From Craspedostauros australis (Eukaryota), in NCBI GenBank assembly GCA_030167865.1, contig JALAGF010001144.1:1-36703 (forward strand): 36,703 nt of DNA, read 5' to 3'. The translations under genes were made by a program, and so were the position numbers. How positions within the stretch are numbered: position 1 is the stretch's first letter; the number at the start of each line of letters is the position of its first letter. Below the pieces are notes generated by a model, which was not told the DNA's origin, searched no databases, and saw only the letters and a program-made list of their open reading frames with translations. This document shows positions 10,759-22,438 of this stretch, in pieces.

Positions 10759-12876
10759 ATGTCTCAACCCATCGTTGATGATTCCGCAGAATGGATCTCT
10801 GAATGGGATTACGCTCGAATCCCCCCATCGTCATCCAGCACAGCCAAGATGGCAACCAAGCGACGTCCGCCGTCAGCAGGCTTCGCGCCCACCAGTCATC
10901 TCTACACTGCTGCTTCGACACCTTCGCACCATCATGGTCATCATCACAGCCATCACGGTGACTACAACTATCCTTACGGTCAGGCCCACAGCCACAGTCA
11001 ATCTCACATTTACAACCGTCAGACTCCGTATTCCGCTGCAGTTCAGTCTGCTCCCCTCCACAATGCTGATGATGACATGATGGTGGTCGACGATGAAGGA
11101 CATGAAGGGCACGAAGGACCCAATGGACACCACTACGATCAACACTACGATCAACACAATCATCAACACAGCCACCAACACCACAATCAGTACAACCCAT
11201 CGCACAATCCTCAGCACCGATCCCAACACCAACATCACCCGCACTATGATCAGCATCGTTACAGTAAACAGACGCACAACGCAGCTCATCACAAAGATCA
11301 TCCGTCTATCTACCGTACCGATGAGACCAATCAACAAAACGCGAGTCCACCCAACTCAATGACCATGTCTTGGTCACGCATGAACTCCACCTCCAAACGA
11401 TCGTCGTCATCCGCACCAACAGCTCCTCCGGCGAAGCAACCGAATGGCGTCGCCAACGACGATCGCATGATGGATGACTCGCAAACGGATTCCACGGCCG
11501 CCCTTACCCAGACAGCCTCGCTTGATGATGGATCGTCATTTTTGCTCAGCGAGGACACTACCGACTGCGAGTACACAGACTACCACGAGGACGACATCCA
11601 CCATCAGCACGCACACAGCAACTACGGTCCCCACGAGCACGATGGCCTCGATAGTCACAACAATCACACCGATGTAACCGTCCTTGCGGATGCAGACGAC
11701 GTCTCCATCCCTCACAACGGCCAGCATGGCAGCGACAACCAAAACGACGATGCCAACCCATTCATCATGATGATGGATGAGGATGAAGGTCTCCTCAGTC
11801 CCATCCTGGATGAGATCAACACCTTCGATCCCGCTTCTGGTCTGCGTCGTCTTTCGTCTCACGGCGTTGGTGCCAGTACTGCTGCTGCTGCTGCTCGCGG
11901 AACGGTCTCGAGCCGACCAAATCATGACGGTCATCACCATCATGGAGGCAGCCAGGATGACATGATCTCGCATCTGGACGATCAGCAGCATCTCGAGGCT
12001 TCCACCACCATCGACACTCTGCTCATGAACCTGGTGGATACCAGCGACCACAACTCGCACACCACGGACGGAGACAACGACTCCAGCCAGCAGGATTCAG
12101 CGCCGATGATGGCATTTGCTGACACGCCAGATTCGGACTCAGGATTCCTCTTCCACCCTATGCCAACGTGCGAGACTCCTGTCTTGTCCAACGACGGTAC
12201 CCACCACGGTGCCATTCCACCAACCGCATCTGCGTCGACACCGTCGTACCATGCAGCTGCGGCGGCTGTTGCGGTTGCGGCAGTGCCGTTGAGGAGAAAG
12301 CCCCATTCCAGGCCTGTGCCTTACATCTCTGGCTCTTCAGGACATGGATCACACGATCATCTGCAGCAACAATCACAGCAGCAGCAACAACATCGTCATC
12401 AAGGAGCGCTGAGCCCACGAGGGCAATCCAAACGATCACCCGCAAGACACGCTGCCAAAGGATCCACGGTTTCTTCCTCCTCAGCCTCGTATCAGAAACT
12501 CAAGCAATCCGCTCATCAGCGCCACCACCCAAAGTCCTCGGCGGCAGTTGCTGCCGCTGCTGCTGCAGCTGGCCGGCATTTCGCAGACAGGCATTCCGGC
12601 AAGTACTACAGACCCAAGGTCACCAGAACCGCCACGTCCAAAAAACGACAACACTACGAGGGCATGCTGCGCAAGTTGACGGAAAGTATGAAACGTTCAC
12701 AGTCAACGCGCAAGTCGTTGGAGCTGGTCACGGAGGAGATCAAGGACTACACCCGCAAGGCGAACCTCAAGCGTGTGCTGAACTCCATAGAGGCGTCCAG
12801 CCGCCAGATCGATTCGCATCTCATCACGAAACGGCCTAGCAAGAAATCCACCCACTCCAAAGGCGCTTCGAGGTAA
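10759..12876 (+). CDS. His/Asp/Gln-rich low-complexity protein with C-terminal helical 'KLTESMKRSQSTRKSL' motif, about 705 aa
   Basis: Long ORF. The first ATG is at 10759; the track's upstream start lies in a GAGTTG repeat. The C-terminal L..SMKRS..TR..L segment resembles a motif seen in many diatom hypotheticals. Confidence 0.8.
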   Translation: MSQPIVDDSAEWISEWDYARIPPSSSSTAKMATKRRPPSAGFAPTSHLYTAASTPSHHHGHHHSHHGDYNYPYGQAHSHSQSHIYNRQTPYSAAVQSAPLHNADDDMMVVDDEGHEGHEGPNGHHYDQHYDQHNHQHSHQHHNQYNPSHNPQHRSQHQHHPHYDQHRYSKQTHNAAHHKDHPSIYRTDETNQQNASPPNSMTMSWSRMNSTSKRSSSSAPTAPPAKQPNGVANDDRMMDDSQTDSTAALTQTASLDDGSSFLLSEDTTDCEYTDYHEDDIHHQHAHSNYGPHEHDGLDSHNNHTDVTVLADADDVSIPHNGQHGSDNQNDDANPFIMMMDEDEGLLSPILDEINTFDPASGLRRLSSHGVGASTAAAAARGTVSSRPNHDGHHHHGGSQDDMISHLDDQQHLEASTTIDTLLMNLVDTSDHNSHTTDGDNDSSQQDSAPMMAFADTPDSDSGFLFHPMPTCETPVLSNDGTHHGAIPPTASASTPSYHAAAAAVAVAAVPLRRKPHSRPVPYISGSSGHGSHDHLQQQSQQQQQHRHQGALSPRGQSKRSPARHAAKGSTVSSSSASYQKLKQSAHQRHHPKSSAAVAAAAAAAGRHFADRHSGKYYRPKVTRTATSKKRQHYEGMLRKLTESMKRSQSTRKSLELVTEEIKDYTRKANLKRVLNSIEASSRQIDSHLITKRPSKKSTHSKGASR

Positions 12877-14036
12877 AAACTGCAGTCGTGCTTGGCAGCG
12901 TTTGGTGCTTGCGGCACCATTGCATCACCATGCCCTGTACGGTGCAGCTCGGCACACTGCCAACGCACGCAGCAGCAGTTGGTAAAGAGGCAGGCAGAAA
13001 GAAACGGGGAATGGAGAACGCCACGCGATACCCGCCTGATTACCATATGCCAAGGCCGACTGACGCAAAGTGCTTGAGTCCACCGACTTTCAAGGCGCCC
13101 CCAGTGGTTTGATAGACAATGCATCCGACCAATGCAATCCCATTGATCGATCGATTGATCGGGGCCTCCACGCATGGATGGGGGCCGATTCACCAGACGT
13201 ACTCGTACTTGTAGGTCCTCGACTCAACTTCATCCTACACCTTCCTCACACCTTTATACATAGACAAATGCACACAGGCACAGCAATACCATACCACACC
13301 ATACTAGTATTAACAAGTGCATCCTCATACATACCAGCAGTAAATGCCGCGCACCGAATGGTCTCTTGTTGTATCGAAATGAGTGGATGGCACTTGCCAA
13401 GACCGCTGTGCTGTCAACGATCTCTTCATTCACCCATCGATGATAACAGCAGTACTCATAGTATGATACCATGTGTATTGTAGGTATTGCGAGTGGTATG
13501 TACGAACGCATCTTGTGATAGATAGCTGGCTGGTGGTAGAACGCGTAGTCGCGACACCACGAGTGCGATACACAGCACATGCGTCTCCCAAGTTTCAATT
13601 TGCTCGCGCTATCGGCATCGGCTGATCCCATTCCATTGGAGTATTGCTGATGTAGATGCGACATGGGCGCACAGAGAACATCGATACACTGGTAATGCAA
13701 TGCAATGCAATGCCACCATTCCTCGTGCGCACGCATGCTCGTACACATGTACTATACAAACTGGAGAGAGAGTAGCAGAGTCGTTATATAGTAGCATCTG
13801 CGAACTACGCATTACCTTCGATGAGTAGGTGCGAGGATCTTATGTACGAGTACGCATTGAAATCAAAACGAAAGCACCAATGCTTCATGATATAATTCAT
13901 GAGTTGGCATGGTATGTTCCGATATAGCATGGCATGGCATGATGTGATATGCATGAGGAATCTTCCTCGAAGGAGCCCTGGCTTTTGATCGAATCGTTGA
14001 CCTGTTCCGTGTGCAAAATGAAAGCGCCATCCTCGA

Positions 14037-15749
14037 TCAAGACGACGATGCGTAGTCCGACGATGAGGAAGACGCGGAGGTATCGGGTTGTTCGCAGGAC
14101 GTGGTGCCAGCCCTCTGGCCATGAGATGTGGAGGAGGATGAGGAGGACGAGCCATAGCGGGCCGTGCTGGATGCCGAGATGGTGGCACGCACCGTGTCCC
14201 CAGATTGCCGGTACATCGGCAGCTTCGTGTTGTCAGCCAGATGCGAATGGGCCTCCCTGGCGTGTTGATCGAGGGAGGCGGGGTTTGCATTCTGCGAGAG
14301 GTTCTCGGTGTCGCTGCCGCTGCTGCTTCCTCCTCCATTGTTGTCCCTGCGCTGGTCGTTGAAGCGGGGTGGTAGACGCGCGAAGGAGGCCCTGGCAGCC
14401 GATGAGGAAGCGGAGGCCGTGATGGTGGATGGATCCTGGGTGTCGCTGTTGGTGCTGTATCCGATCTCGTCGTCGGCGCTGTTGGTCTCGGAGGAATCGC
14501 TGCACTCGGTCTGCTCGGAGCTGTGGTAGGATTCGTTGCTGGTGTTTCCGCTGGTGGTCCCACTGGTGCCCCTGTGCTCGGAGGTGGTGGAGGTGGCCGT
14601 CTTGGTTGATTCCGATGAGTTGCCTGAGTGGTCCTTGGACACCCTGACATCTACGTCGAGGGTGGCGGAGACATCGGCCTGCTGGTTGGAGCCATCGCCG
14701 CTTGTCATCTCGTCGGTCTCCGCCCTGCGGATCATGCGGATGGAGGCGAGGAGGGGATTTCGGTCCCTGATGCGCTGACGTCTGAGCTTCTTGCGCTTGG
14801 GTCCACCGGTGGAGTCACTGGCGGAGAGCGAGGAGGCTGACGAGCCGTCGCAGCCGTTGTTGGAAGCGTGATCGAGATTGGTTGCCCGCAGATCCTGGCC
14901 GAGGTAGCGTTGAGTTGGCGAAGATGAAGATGAGGCGAGTTCATTGATCTTGCGTTTCGTTGCATGGTGCTCCTCGTTGTTGTCATTGTTGTCATTGTGT
15001 TTGGTGTTGTTGAGGTTGTTGGTTGTGGCACCTGTGGACGTCCTGGTGCTGTTGGTGGTGTGTATTCGTCCCTTGTTGTGAAAGTGCGGGGCTGTGGTCT
15101 TGTTCCTGCTTCTCCTGGTTGTGGGTGAATTGATGAGCGCGCCCACGGTCGGTTCCGAATGAGCGTTGATGCTGACGACAGGCGCCACGCTTCGCGTCCA
15201 GGAGTGCCCAGTCGATCTCGTGAACCGTTGGACACGTTCATCGTTGTGCGAGTATGATTGACTCTGTGATTTCAGTTGCTGGTGATGCTGTTCGTGATGC
15301 TGTTCGTGATAACGATAGTGCTCATGACGATGCCTCTGATGACAATGATGATGTGGGCGATGATGCTGGCCATGCTGGAGCCTGTCTCTGCTCGAGTCCG
15401 TGCTGCAGTTGCCATCACCATCACCATCAATATCATCATGGCTGTTGCTGTGGCTGTGACCAGGGCCTCCATGGACCAACGCTCGTCCTACTTGTACGAG
15501 TGTACTTGCATCATCCGTGGATTTTGGCTGTTGCGCGGAATGCTGGGTGAACGTGCTTGCAGATGACATCTTCGCTGCAGCAGTCTCCACGCTCGTACTC
15601 GCATCCTCGCCAGTCTCTGTGTTTGCACCGGTACTTGCGCCAGCGCCGGTGTTGGAACTGCCCGTACTTCTCACGGCGACAGCTGGGACAGCAGCAGCTG
15701 CTGTGGTGACGCAACGGCGACCCCCACCACCGCGGCTGCGTTCTGCCAT
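14037..15749 (-). CDS. Ser/Thr/His-rich intrinsically disordered hypothetical protein, 570 aa, with NLS-like PKRKKLRR
   Basis: 1.7-kb ORF with coding-like C/G third positions in its 3' half. No recognisable domain. Confidence 0.65.
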   Translation of the reverse strand: MAERSRGGGGRRCVTTAAAAVPAVAVRSTGSSNTGAGASTGANTETGEDASTSVETAAAKMSSASTFTQHSAQQPKSTDDASTLVQVGRALVHGGPGHSHSNSHDDIDGDGDGNCSTDSSRDRLQHGQHHRPHHHCHQRHRHEHYRYHEQHHEQHHQQLKSQSQSYSHNDERVQRFTRSTGHSWTRSVAPVVSINAHSEPTVGALINSPTTRRSRNKTTAPHFHNKGRIHTTNSTRTSTGATTNNLNNTKHNDNNDNNEEHHATKRKINELASSSSSPTQRYLGQDLRATNLDHASNNGCDGSSASSLSASDSTGGPKRKKLRRQRIRDRNPLLASIRMIRRAETDEMTSGDGSNQQADVSATLDVDVRVSKDHSGNSSESTKTATSTTSEHRGTSGTTSGNTSNESYHSSEQTECSDSSETNSADDEIGYSTNSDTQDPSTITASASSSAARASFARLPPRFNDQRRDNNGGGSSSGSDTENLSQNANPASLDQHAREAHSHLADNTKLPMYRQSGDTVRATISASSTARYGSSSSSSSTSHGQRAGTTSCEQPDTSASSSSSDYASSS

Positions 15750-16407
15750 GGTCTTCGTCTTGGCCGCTGTGCTCGGATTCCTTGCTGACTGTGATGATGG
15801 ATGTTGAATGAAGGAGAGGTGAGGGATGAATGACTGAAGGATGAAGCCTCTCTCTTGGTTCTATTCCCCTGGTTGGAGTGGTTGGTATTGATTCTGTCGA
15901 TGCTGATTCTTTTGTCTCCCTTGTGGCTCCTCTTGTTGCACTTGTTGTTGTTTTTGTTGCTCTTGTTGTTACTCTGCTGTGGTCGTTGGTGCCCATCCAC
16001 CCACAAGCCGACTGTTCCCCGTCGACGTCGTTGTCGTGGTTTGCTGCTCCGTTGTGGAGTTTGGGTGTCGTTTGTTGAAGATTATCGATCTTTTTAGTGA
16101 TTCTGTTGTTCTTCGTGTGTCTCATAAGACACGTGATTCAATGCGTGAACGCGCCTGCAATAAGCAAAGGGCTTCCACAGCTTCATCTCGTTCCAGAAAT
16201 GACGTGTTTGGGTACCGCCTGTTCATGGAACGCCACAAGCTGGATTGGAGAGTAACGCTTGTCGTCATCTGGTGACATGCGCAAAGGGAGACGTCTGTCC
16301 ACCAACAGCTTGTGGGCGTCGTCATTTTGCGTGGTCGTGTTTCACCACCATCTGCGGGATTGCTCTGGTATCTTCCAGCCGTGCTGCATCGGCTGCCGAT
16401 TGGCCCC

Positions 16408-16485
16408 AATGATCTTCATCCTCATCTCAGATGACGATGGCGGCGGAAATGGCGGGTGCTTGAGGACAACCAACGCACCCGTCAC
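16408..16485 (+). pseudogene. Relic fragment of the LRR membrane-protein gene (paralogous to about 21002-21094)
   Basis: AATGATCTTCATCCTCATCTCAG is identical to 21002-21024. It is followed by CGGAAATG, CTTGAGGACAACCA and CGCACCC matches. It translates MIFILISDDDGGGNGGCLRTTNAPVT versus MIFILISGGSGGDSGGSGNDGNLRTTIAPIT. Confidence 0.8.
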
Positions 16486-16922
16486 GGCACCATACCATAC
16501 AATTCAATCCCCACGTTGATGCTATCGTGGTGGCATCCAATTTCAAGCAGTGCTGTTGGTGTACGAGTAGTCTGGAGTAATCGTCGAAGCATGCTTCATC
16601 GTTTCATACAACCAACTACTCTGTTCTTCTCTCCTCTCTCTTTCTCCCCCTCCCTCCAGAGAGCAATGTAGTCTCCGAGTGCGCTGCAAATCACAACTTC
16701 ATGTCACACTGTACGAGACTAGTCCAGCGAAGATGCATACTCGTGCCGTAAACATAATAGTACACCGCCGTCTTCAGAATGCACCCTTCTCACACGACCT
16801 CTGGAAGACGGCGAATGGGCCACTGACAGAAGCCGAATGGCCGTAATCCGCCATGTAATCCAGAATGATCATCACATCCCGGATGCTCTTCTTGCAAAAG
16901 TACAGATTCATCCCGGCGTCCA
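16486..16922. repeat. Direct repeat copy A (3' flank plus last ~49 codons of the BTB-like gene)
   Basis: Colinear with 22439-22808 and highly similar, apart from a CT-rich indel around 16620-16705. Confidence 0.95.
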
Positions 16923-18345
16923 TGCCCAGTGTCCGCGGATAGTCTATCGTCTGCTGACAAGCATTCACGAAGCGGCCCAGCGTGTCGGGTGTGGGGTTGT
17001 GAATTCGCAACGCGCACAAATGCGACGAGCGTTCTGCCTGCGTTGGTGGTGCAACATGAATCGCGGCTCGGTGTCTTGCATCGCCATCGCCAGCGCATCC
17101 AGTGGCTGCGCCTTGTTCCTGCGTCCCTGATTCTATGGCAGTGCGGCTCGTGCACATGGTCGCATCTGCATCCCTGGCAGTGCGCACATGGCTGCGACGA
17201 CCGTTTCCAACATCGCCGTTGTCATTATGAGCATGCTGCTCGGAGGATCCCTCGCAGAGGCGACAGTCTGTGCCACTCTGATCAGAGGTTGCGGAATCAT
17301 CAGCGGCAACAACAACAGCAGCACCTTCAGCAGCGCAACCAGAAGCAGCATGAGACGCCGCCCCAGCAACATCCTGCACCCACAACGGTTTCAGCGCCTT
17401 TCGGAGCAGGTCGAACGATCCGCTGATCGTGTACCCCTGGGTGGTGTCCACCGTATCTGGACACGTCCGAATGTACGATTCCCCACCGGCCAAGCAATCG
17501 ATGAGTTCGTGATGATCCTGCGGGATGGTGGATTCCGTTTCGAAGTACACGGTGAATCGTTCCTCCGCATGCTTCTGCCGTTTCCCACCACTGCCATCGT
17601 GCGCGATGGATTGTTCGGACAAGATGGCAGCAATACTCATCAAGGATCGGATGCTGTGTTGGCAGTGGACGACGAAGCTGGATGGCTTGAAATCCAGATT
17701 CCTGACCGACTGATGCCTCTGCCGATCGGCAGCAACGTCGTCTTGCAGCTTGCACACGTAGTTGGTGATCTTGCGCGAGAGCAGGACGCCGTCCTCCAAC
17801 AGCGCTTCCCACTTCTGGCTGGACACGACGCCTCGGAACGAAAATCGCAAGGTGGCAGGGTCCGACATCAACTCTGCAAAGTTGCGCGAAGCTCGCTGTG
17901 ACACGGGATCGGAATAGTTGATCATGTTGCAAAGTCGGAGGTCGATGATGGCCTGATCGCTGGCTTCCATGAGATCCATGTAGAGGCGTAGATCGCTGAC
18001 CGTGGTCGCTCCCTTCGTCAAGGCTTCGACGAGATGGCGCGTGATGGCCGCGCTCCAGTCTGGTTTGTGAATGACGCCGGACGATTCTTCGGTGGTTCCG
18101 TGTCGAAAGCAGTTGCGAAAGAAGGAGCAGCGATGCATCATGGTGCCAGCCTGCTGCGACGTCACTCCCACCACCTCGCCGTCATTGCACTTGATCAGGA
18201 ATCCGCCTTGCTCAATGTAATCGTAGGAATGTGCTGCCTGCGTTGCGTCCATCCTCTTCTCCAATCCGCCGTCATTGTCAGTATCACCCTCGTTGTCATT
18301 GGCGTCGTCATTGTTGCATGTCATTATGGTCATGTTTGTGTTCAT
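16774..18345 (-). CDS. Hypothetical protein with N-terminal BTB/POZ-like domain, 523 aa
   Basis: Long ORF with globular composition. FLIKCNDGEVV...HRCSFFRNCFRHGTTEESSGVIHKPDWSAAITRHLVEAL resembles the BTB pattern S.FF...F.....E.....I...D.......L. Confidence 0.8.
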   Translation of the reverse strand: MNTNMTIMTCNNDDANDNEGDTDNDGGLEKRMDATQAAHSYDYIEQGGFLIKCNDGEVVGVTSQQAGTMMHRCSFFRNCFRHGTTEESSGVIHKPDWSAAITRHLVEALTKGATTVSDLRLYMDLMEASDQAIIDLRLCNMINYSDPVSQRASRNFAELMSDPATLRFSFRGVVSSQKWEALLEDGVLLSRKITNYVCKLQDDVAADRQRHQSVRNLDFKPSSFVVHCQHSIRSLMSIAAILSEQSIAHDGSGGKRQKHAEERFTVYFETESTIPQDHHELIDCLAGGESYIRTCPDTVDTTQGYTISGSFDLLRKALKPLWVQDVAGAASHAASGCAAEGAAVVVAADDSATSDQSGTDCRLCEGSSEQHAHNDNGDVGNGRRSHVRTARDADATMCTSRTAIESGTQEQGAATGCAGDGDARHRAAIHVAPPTQAERSSHLCALRIHNPTPDTLGRFVNACQQTIDYPRTLGMDAGMNLYFCKKSIRDVMIILDYMADYGHSASVSGPFAVFQRSCEKGAF

Positions 18346-19160
18346 CTGGGCGGCTTCGAGTCTCCGGCACTGTTGCTGCTCCTGGTGATGGTGATGGTGA
18401 TGATGATGATGACGATGATGGTGAATGTGAGCACATGGGTGATCGGCATCAACCCACTTTTCTGTTGTTGATGCTCATGTGAGGATCTGCAGGATGTTGT
18501 GTGGCCCTGATCAGCCCGAAGGAATTCCATTCCACAATGACGCCTGTCATGATCGGCATCATCCAATTTGAATCGTGATCGTTGTTTCAAGGAACATCAC
18601 ACGAAGGCTAAGAAAGTACCTGAACAAGTCTCCAATTTCTTGCTGGGCCCAAAATCGGTTCTTCTTTCCCGCATCTGCTAACTTGTGTGACGAAACAGCG
18701 AAGATTGCCCAAAACCGGTGGACCCACAGTCATGGTCATGCCAAACCTTGTACTTCTTCTGCGAACCAACTCGTTTGAAACAATACCGAGAGTGCCGCTG
18801 GTACATGTTCGCATGTTCTGTGCACGATCCATTCTTTGCTGTGTTCACTGTACTGTGCTTGTGCAATACATAAATAAGTGGAGTATTGCCAGCCTTGCCC
18901 AACTTCAGCATCGGTCGAAGCCACAGAGCGATGAAAGCAACAACTGGGCCACACTGACTGCTCTGCGTGTACTCCGTTTCTCCCTACTTCTCTTGCCATC
19001 GCCATTGTCGTTGGCACTGTCTTTGGCGCCAACTCAAGCAGAATAGAGGGGAGTGAAGTGCAATAGAGGCGGGGAGAACACAGTCTAACCGTACGGCGCC
19101 ACAGGACAGCACCACACTGCTCAATCGGACTCGAGTGGAGTAACCCAAAGATAAAGTGCA

Positions 19161-22100
19161 ATGAAAGGCACAACACAAGACCAAGATCAAGAGGATCAAC
19201 AGGATCAACAGCAGGATGGGGTTGCTGAAAGTGCTGGCGATGATGTCGCAGCAGCGTTGACAAATGAACAGTTGGGGGCAGGCGTTCAGACGGAAGCAGA
19301 TGCTCACTCCCACGATCATGGATCTGAATCTCGTGATGTTGCTCCTAGTTCGGATAGTCTGAGTGCAAATGGAACTTCTCCGCCGTCCAGCAAGGGCAAA
19401 AGAAAAAGCAACACCAAAGGAAAGCAAAAGGGAACAAGCAAGAGCAAGAGCAGAAGCAAAAGGACCAGCCAAGGAAAAAGCACAAACACAAGTGAGGACA
19501 TAAGCACAAGTGCAGACACAAGTGCAGACACAGACACAAACACAAGTACAAACACAAGCACGAACACAAACACGAGCACAAGCGCGAGCAAACGAAAGAG
19601 CAAGGGAAAGGGGAAATCGAAGCGAAAGGCCAAGGACAAACGGCCGAGCAAACCCAAGGATGACGACGAGGACATTGATGTTGGTATTGCTGTCGACGTT
19701 GGTAATACCGTTCCTTCTGAATCGAATGCTGATGATGGAGACAAGGATGATACAGAAACAATCAACGACGTGGAAGCGCAACGCCGTCCACGAAGTCAGA
19801 AGCGCTCCAAGAAGGGCAAAACCAAGTCTATGGGCCAGGCGACGAAAACTATAACCACGAATGCTACTGCTGCACCAAACACTGCGACTCCGACGCGCAC
19901 TTATACCACCAGACATACAGATCCGGACCGTCGCCCAAGGCATCAGAAGATTGCAGACAAATCGAAGTACGCTTGTGTGGCTGGCAGGAGCTCTGCCAAT
20001 CAAACGTACAACCAGAAGCAGATGGCACGCCAGTCTGCTGTGGAATCCATGGTCAACAGGAGGGACGCCCTGCAGAAGAAGCTCAATGTGACAGATGGGG
20101 CGACATCCAGGACGGTGCCGCAGCTTACCTCGCTGAACGCGTCTGACACCATCTTCAACGTTCCCGACGATCTTGACGATCTTGACGATTTTCTTGGTGA
20201 CGACGCTATAGCCAAAGAGAAGATATTCCACAGCGGCAATGGCACCAGGCTCAACGATGGAGCAACGAACGAGAAACTGAGCAAGGAGATGCTCAACAAG
20301 AGGGCGGGCGCATTTATTGATCCCGATCAGGCCACGATCCAGAGAAGACAGCAGTTGCAGATCGAGTCATCAAACTACATCCTGAACCAAGACAAACGAG
20401 GCAATTCGATTGCAGCAGCCGATGATTTCTCGGGTTCACAATTGCATTTATTCTCTCATGTCCCATCCGATGTTGTCTCCCCCCGACTGCAACGCGACCA
20501 TACGGACTTCGATAATTCCGGACCACCGTTGTCACCGACACAGCTGCTAGCCTCCAGGCGGCTGCAACATACCCGCGTTGGCGCGTTCCGAAGCAACGGT
20601 CCAGGCACCGTACCTCGTTCCTTGGATGACGACTTCGAAGAGGATAGCATCATGGGTGCGATGACGACGGCGGACCATGACGTTGACACCAACCTTCTTC
20701 AACAGACACAGGCGTCGCAACGGCCTATCGTAGCACAGGCACGGGTTGTTTCGGATGGGGAATTGCGACAGCAGCTTCGCGATGAGATCTTTCCCGACGA
20801 CGGGTTGCGACAGCAACTGCAAAGCGAGATTGCGCGGGCTTCCGCGGTACAACCAGTCGTGGCGGAGCCTGCCGAACTGGACAGCGCGCACGAAGTGGAG
20901 GGCGGGGAACCAGAGGACAAGCGCAAAACTCGGACCCGCTTCATTTTAGGGACGATTGCTTGCATTGTTATGACGCTCGTCGTCATCGGCGGGTTGATTG
21001 TAATGATCTTCATCCTCATCTCAGGTGGCAGTGGTGGCGACAGCGGCGGCTCCGGAAATGACGGGAACTTGAGGACAACCATCGCACCCATCACAACTGC
21101 CATTACGACGGACGCCCCCACAACGGCCCTGCCGCCATCCCCAGATGTTGAGATTCCCGATGTTCAACTTACGCTGTTCAATTTCCTGGTGTCTGAATCA
21201 GTCACATCGGCGGAGACGCTGCGAGATGCAGAGTCTGTGCAGCACCGGACCATGGCGTACATTTGCCAGCCGTCAGCCGAGAACCCACCGACACTGCCTT
21301 TCATGTGTTCCAGTCCGTTGTCCCGGCCTTTCGATTCGCTTCAATCATATGCGTTGCTCACGTTTTACATCGAAAACGATATGCAGGATGCCTTGGCCAA
21401 TCGCTCCGTCTTCGTCACTGGGATCTGCGATTGGCCGGGTGTCGTGGAATGTGCCGATTCTGGCATGAACAACGAGAAGACCATTATTGCGATCGATTTC
21501 GCAGAACAGGGGCTGGCTGGCACCATCCCACCAGAGCTAGGTGAACTCAGTCAAATACAGTTCGCCAACTTGTCACACAACGAGCTCTCTGGGAAGTTGC
21601 CAACAACCTTCCAATCCCTCAGAAATTCGCGTGAGTATTGAACGCATCTGCAGGTGTGCGGATGAAGGCGATGCTGCACCACATGTGCATGTACGTGTAT
21701 ATATACATGTACACGTAGCTCCATCTCCACCTCCACCGCCACACCTGCTGCAGCGCGAGCACTATTTTGTGCTGTCGCTTCGCTGCGTTCTGCAGCCTTC
21801 TTCTCCCTTCGTCTCCATCCTTCTCTGTTCTTCTCTGCTCTATGATCTCTCACAACTGCATTCCATTCGTCATGTGTTCTTGTCTCTGTTATCCTTTGCA
21901 TTCTACTCTATCACCAATGAACCTGTCGAAACGGAACACACACACATGCACGCACACATGTTGATGCAGGAGGCATGGATCTATCCCACAACCAATTCAC
22001 AGGGGAGTTGTCCATCTCCGTCGCGGCTGGCAGCCCATTGGAATATGCGTATTGGCACAACAACTCCTTCTCCGGTCCGGTGGATGCTTGCGATTCGCAG

Positions 22101-22235
22101 AAGGCTTTGCAATTGGATATCTCCGCCGATTGTCGGCCATTGGATGCGAGCTCTCCTGCTGAAGTGGAGTGTCCATGCTGCAGTCTCTGTTGCAACGATG
22201 CAACCGGCTGCATCTCTCAGCAGCCGTCAGCGTGA
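19161..22235 (+). CDS. Type II membrane leucine-rich-repeat protein (diatom LRR family). Exons 19161-21630 and 21970-22235; about 911 aa
   Basis: Disordered N-terminus with VGAF..NGPG, then a TM helix (FILGTIACIVMTLVVIGGLIVMIFILI) and a T/P stalk. An LRR N-cap (ICDWPGVVEC) precedes plant-type LRRs (LAGTIPPELGELSQIQFANLSHNELSGKLP). A phase-1 intron C|GTGAGT...TGCAG|GA restores DLSHNQFTG... and a C-terminal ADC...EVECPCCSLCC cap. Confidence 0.9.
21631..21969 (+). other. Spliceosomal intron of LRR gene (339 nt, phase 1)
   Basis: GTGAGT donor, pyrimidine-rich interior and GCAG acceptor. Splicing joins two LRR-coding ORFs in frame. Confidence 0.85.
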
Positions 22236-22438
22236 CAAGGAAGCGAATGCTCTTCGATCACATACTCGTGCCGCTTTGGAGAGGACGGAAGTACACTCTG
22301 AGTATCACACGCACATACACACACTCTCTTTCTCTCGCTCAAACGCTCTCTCACTCTCACGTCTATTGTGTGGCACCCGTCTCAGACCTCTTCGAATACG
22401 AGGGCGCAACCGTACGGCACTTTTCCATCTCTCGCCAG

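Noticed and set aside
18665-19029. E2F-like TTTCCCGC (18665) and TTTGGCGC (19022) in the BTB/LRR divergent spacer
   Set aside because: About 4-5 TTTSSCGC matches are expected by chance in a window of this size, and there is no supporting context.
18984-20231. 415-aa minus-strand ORF with CVCVC repeats
   Set aside because: Antisense to the LRR gene. The repeats mirror its Thr/Asn-coding hexamers.
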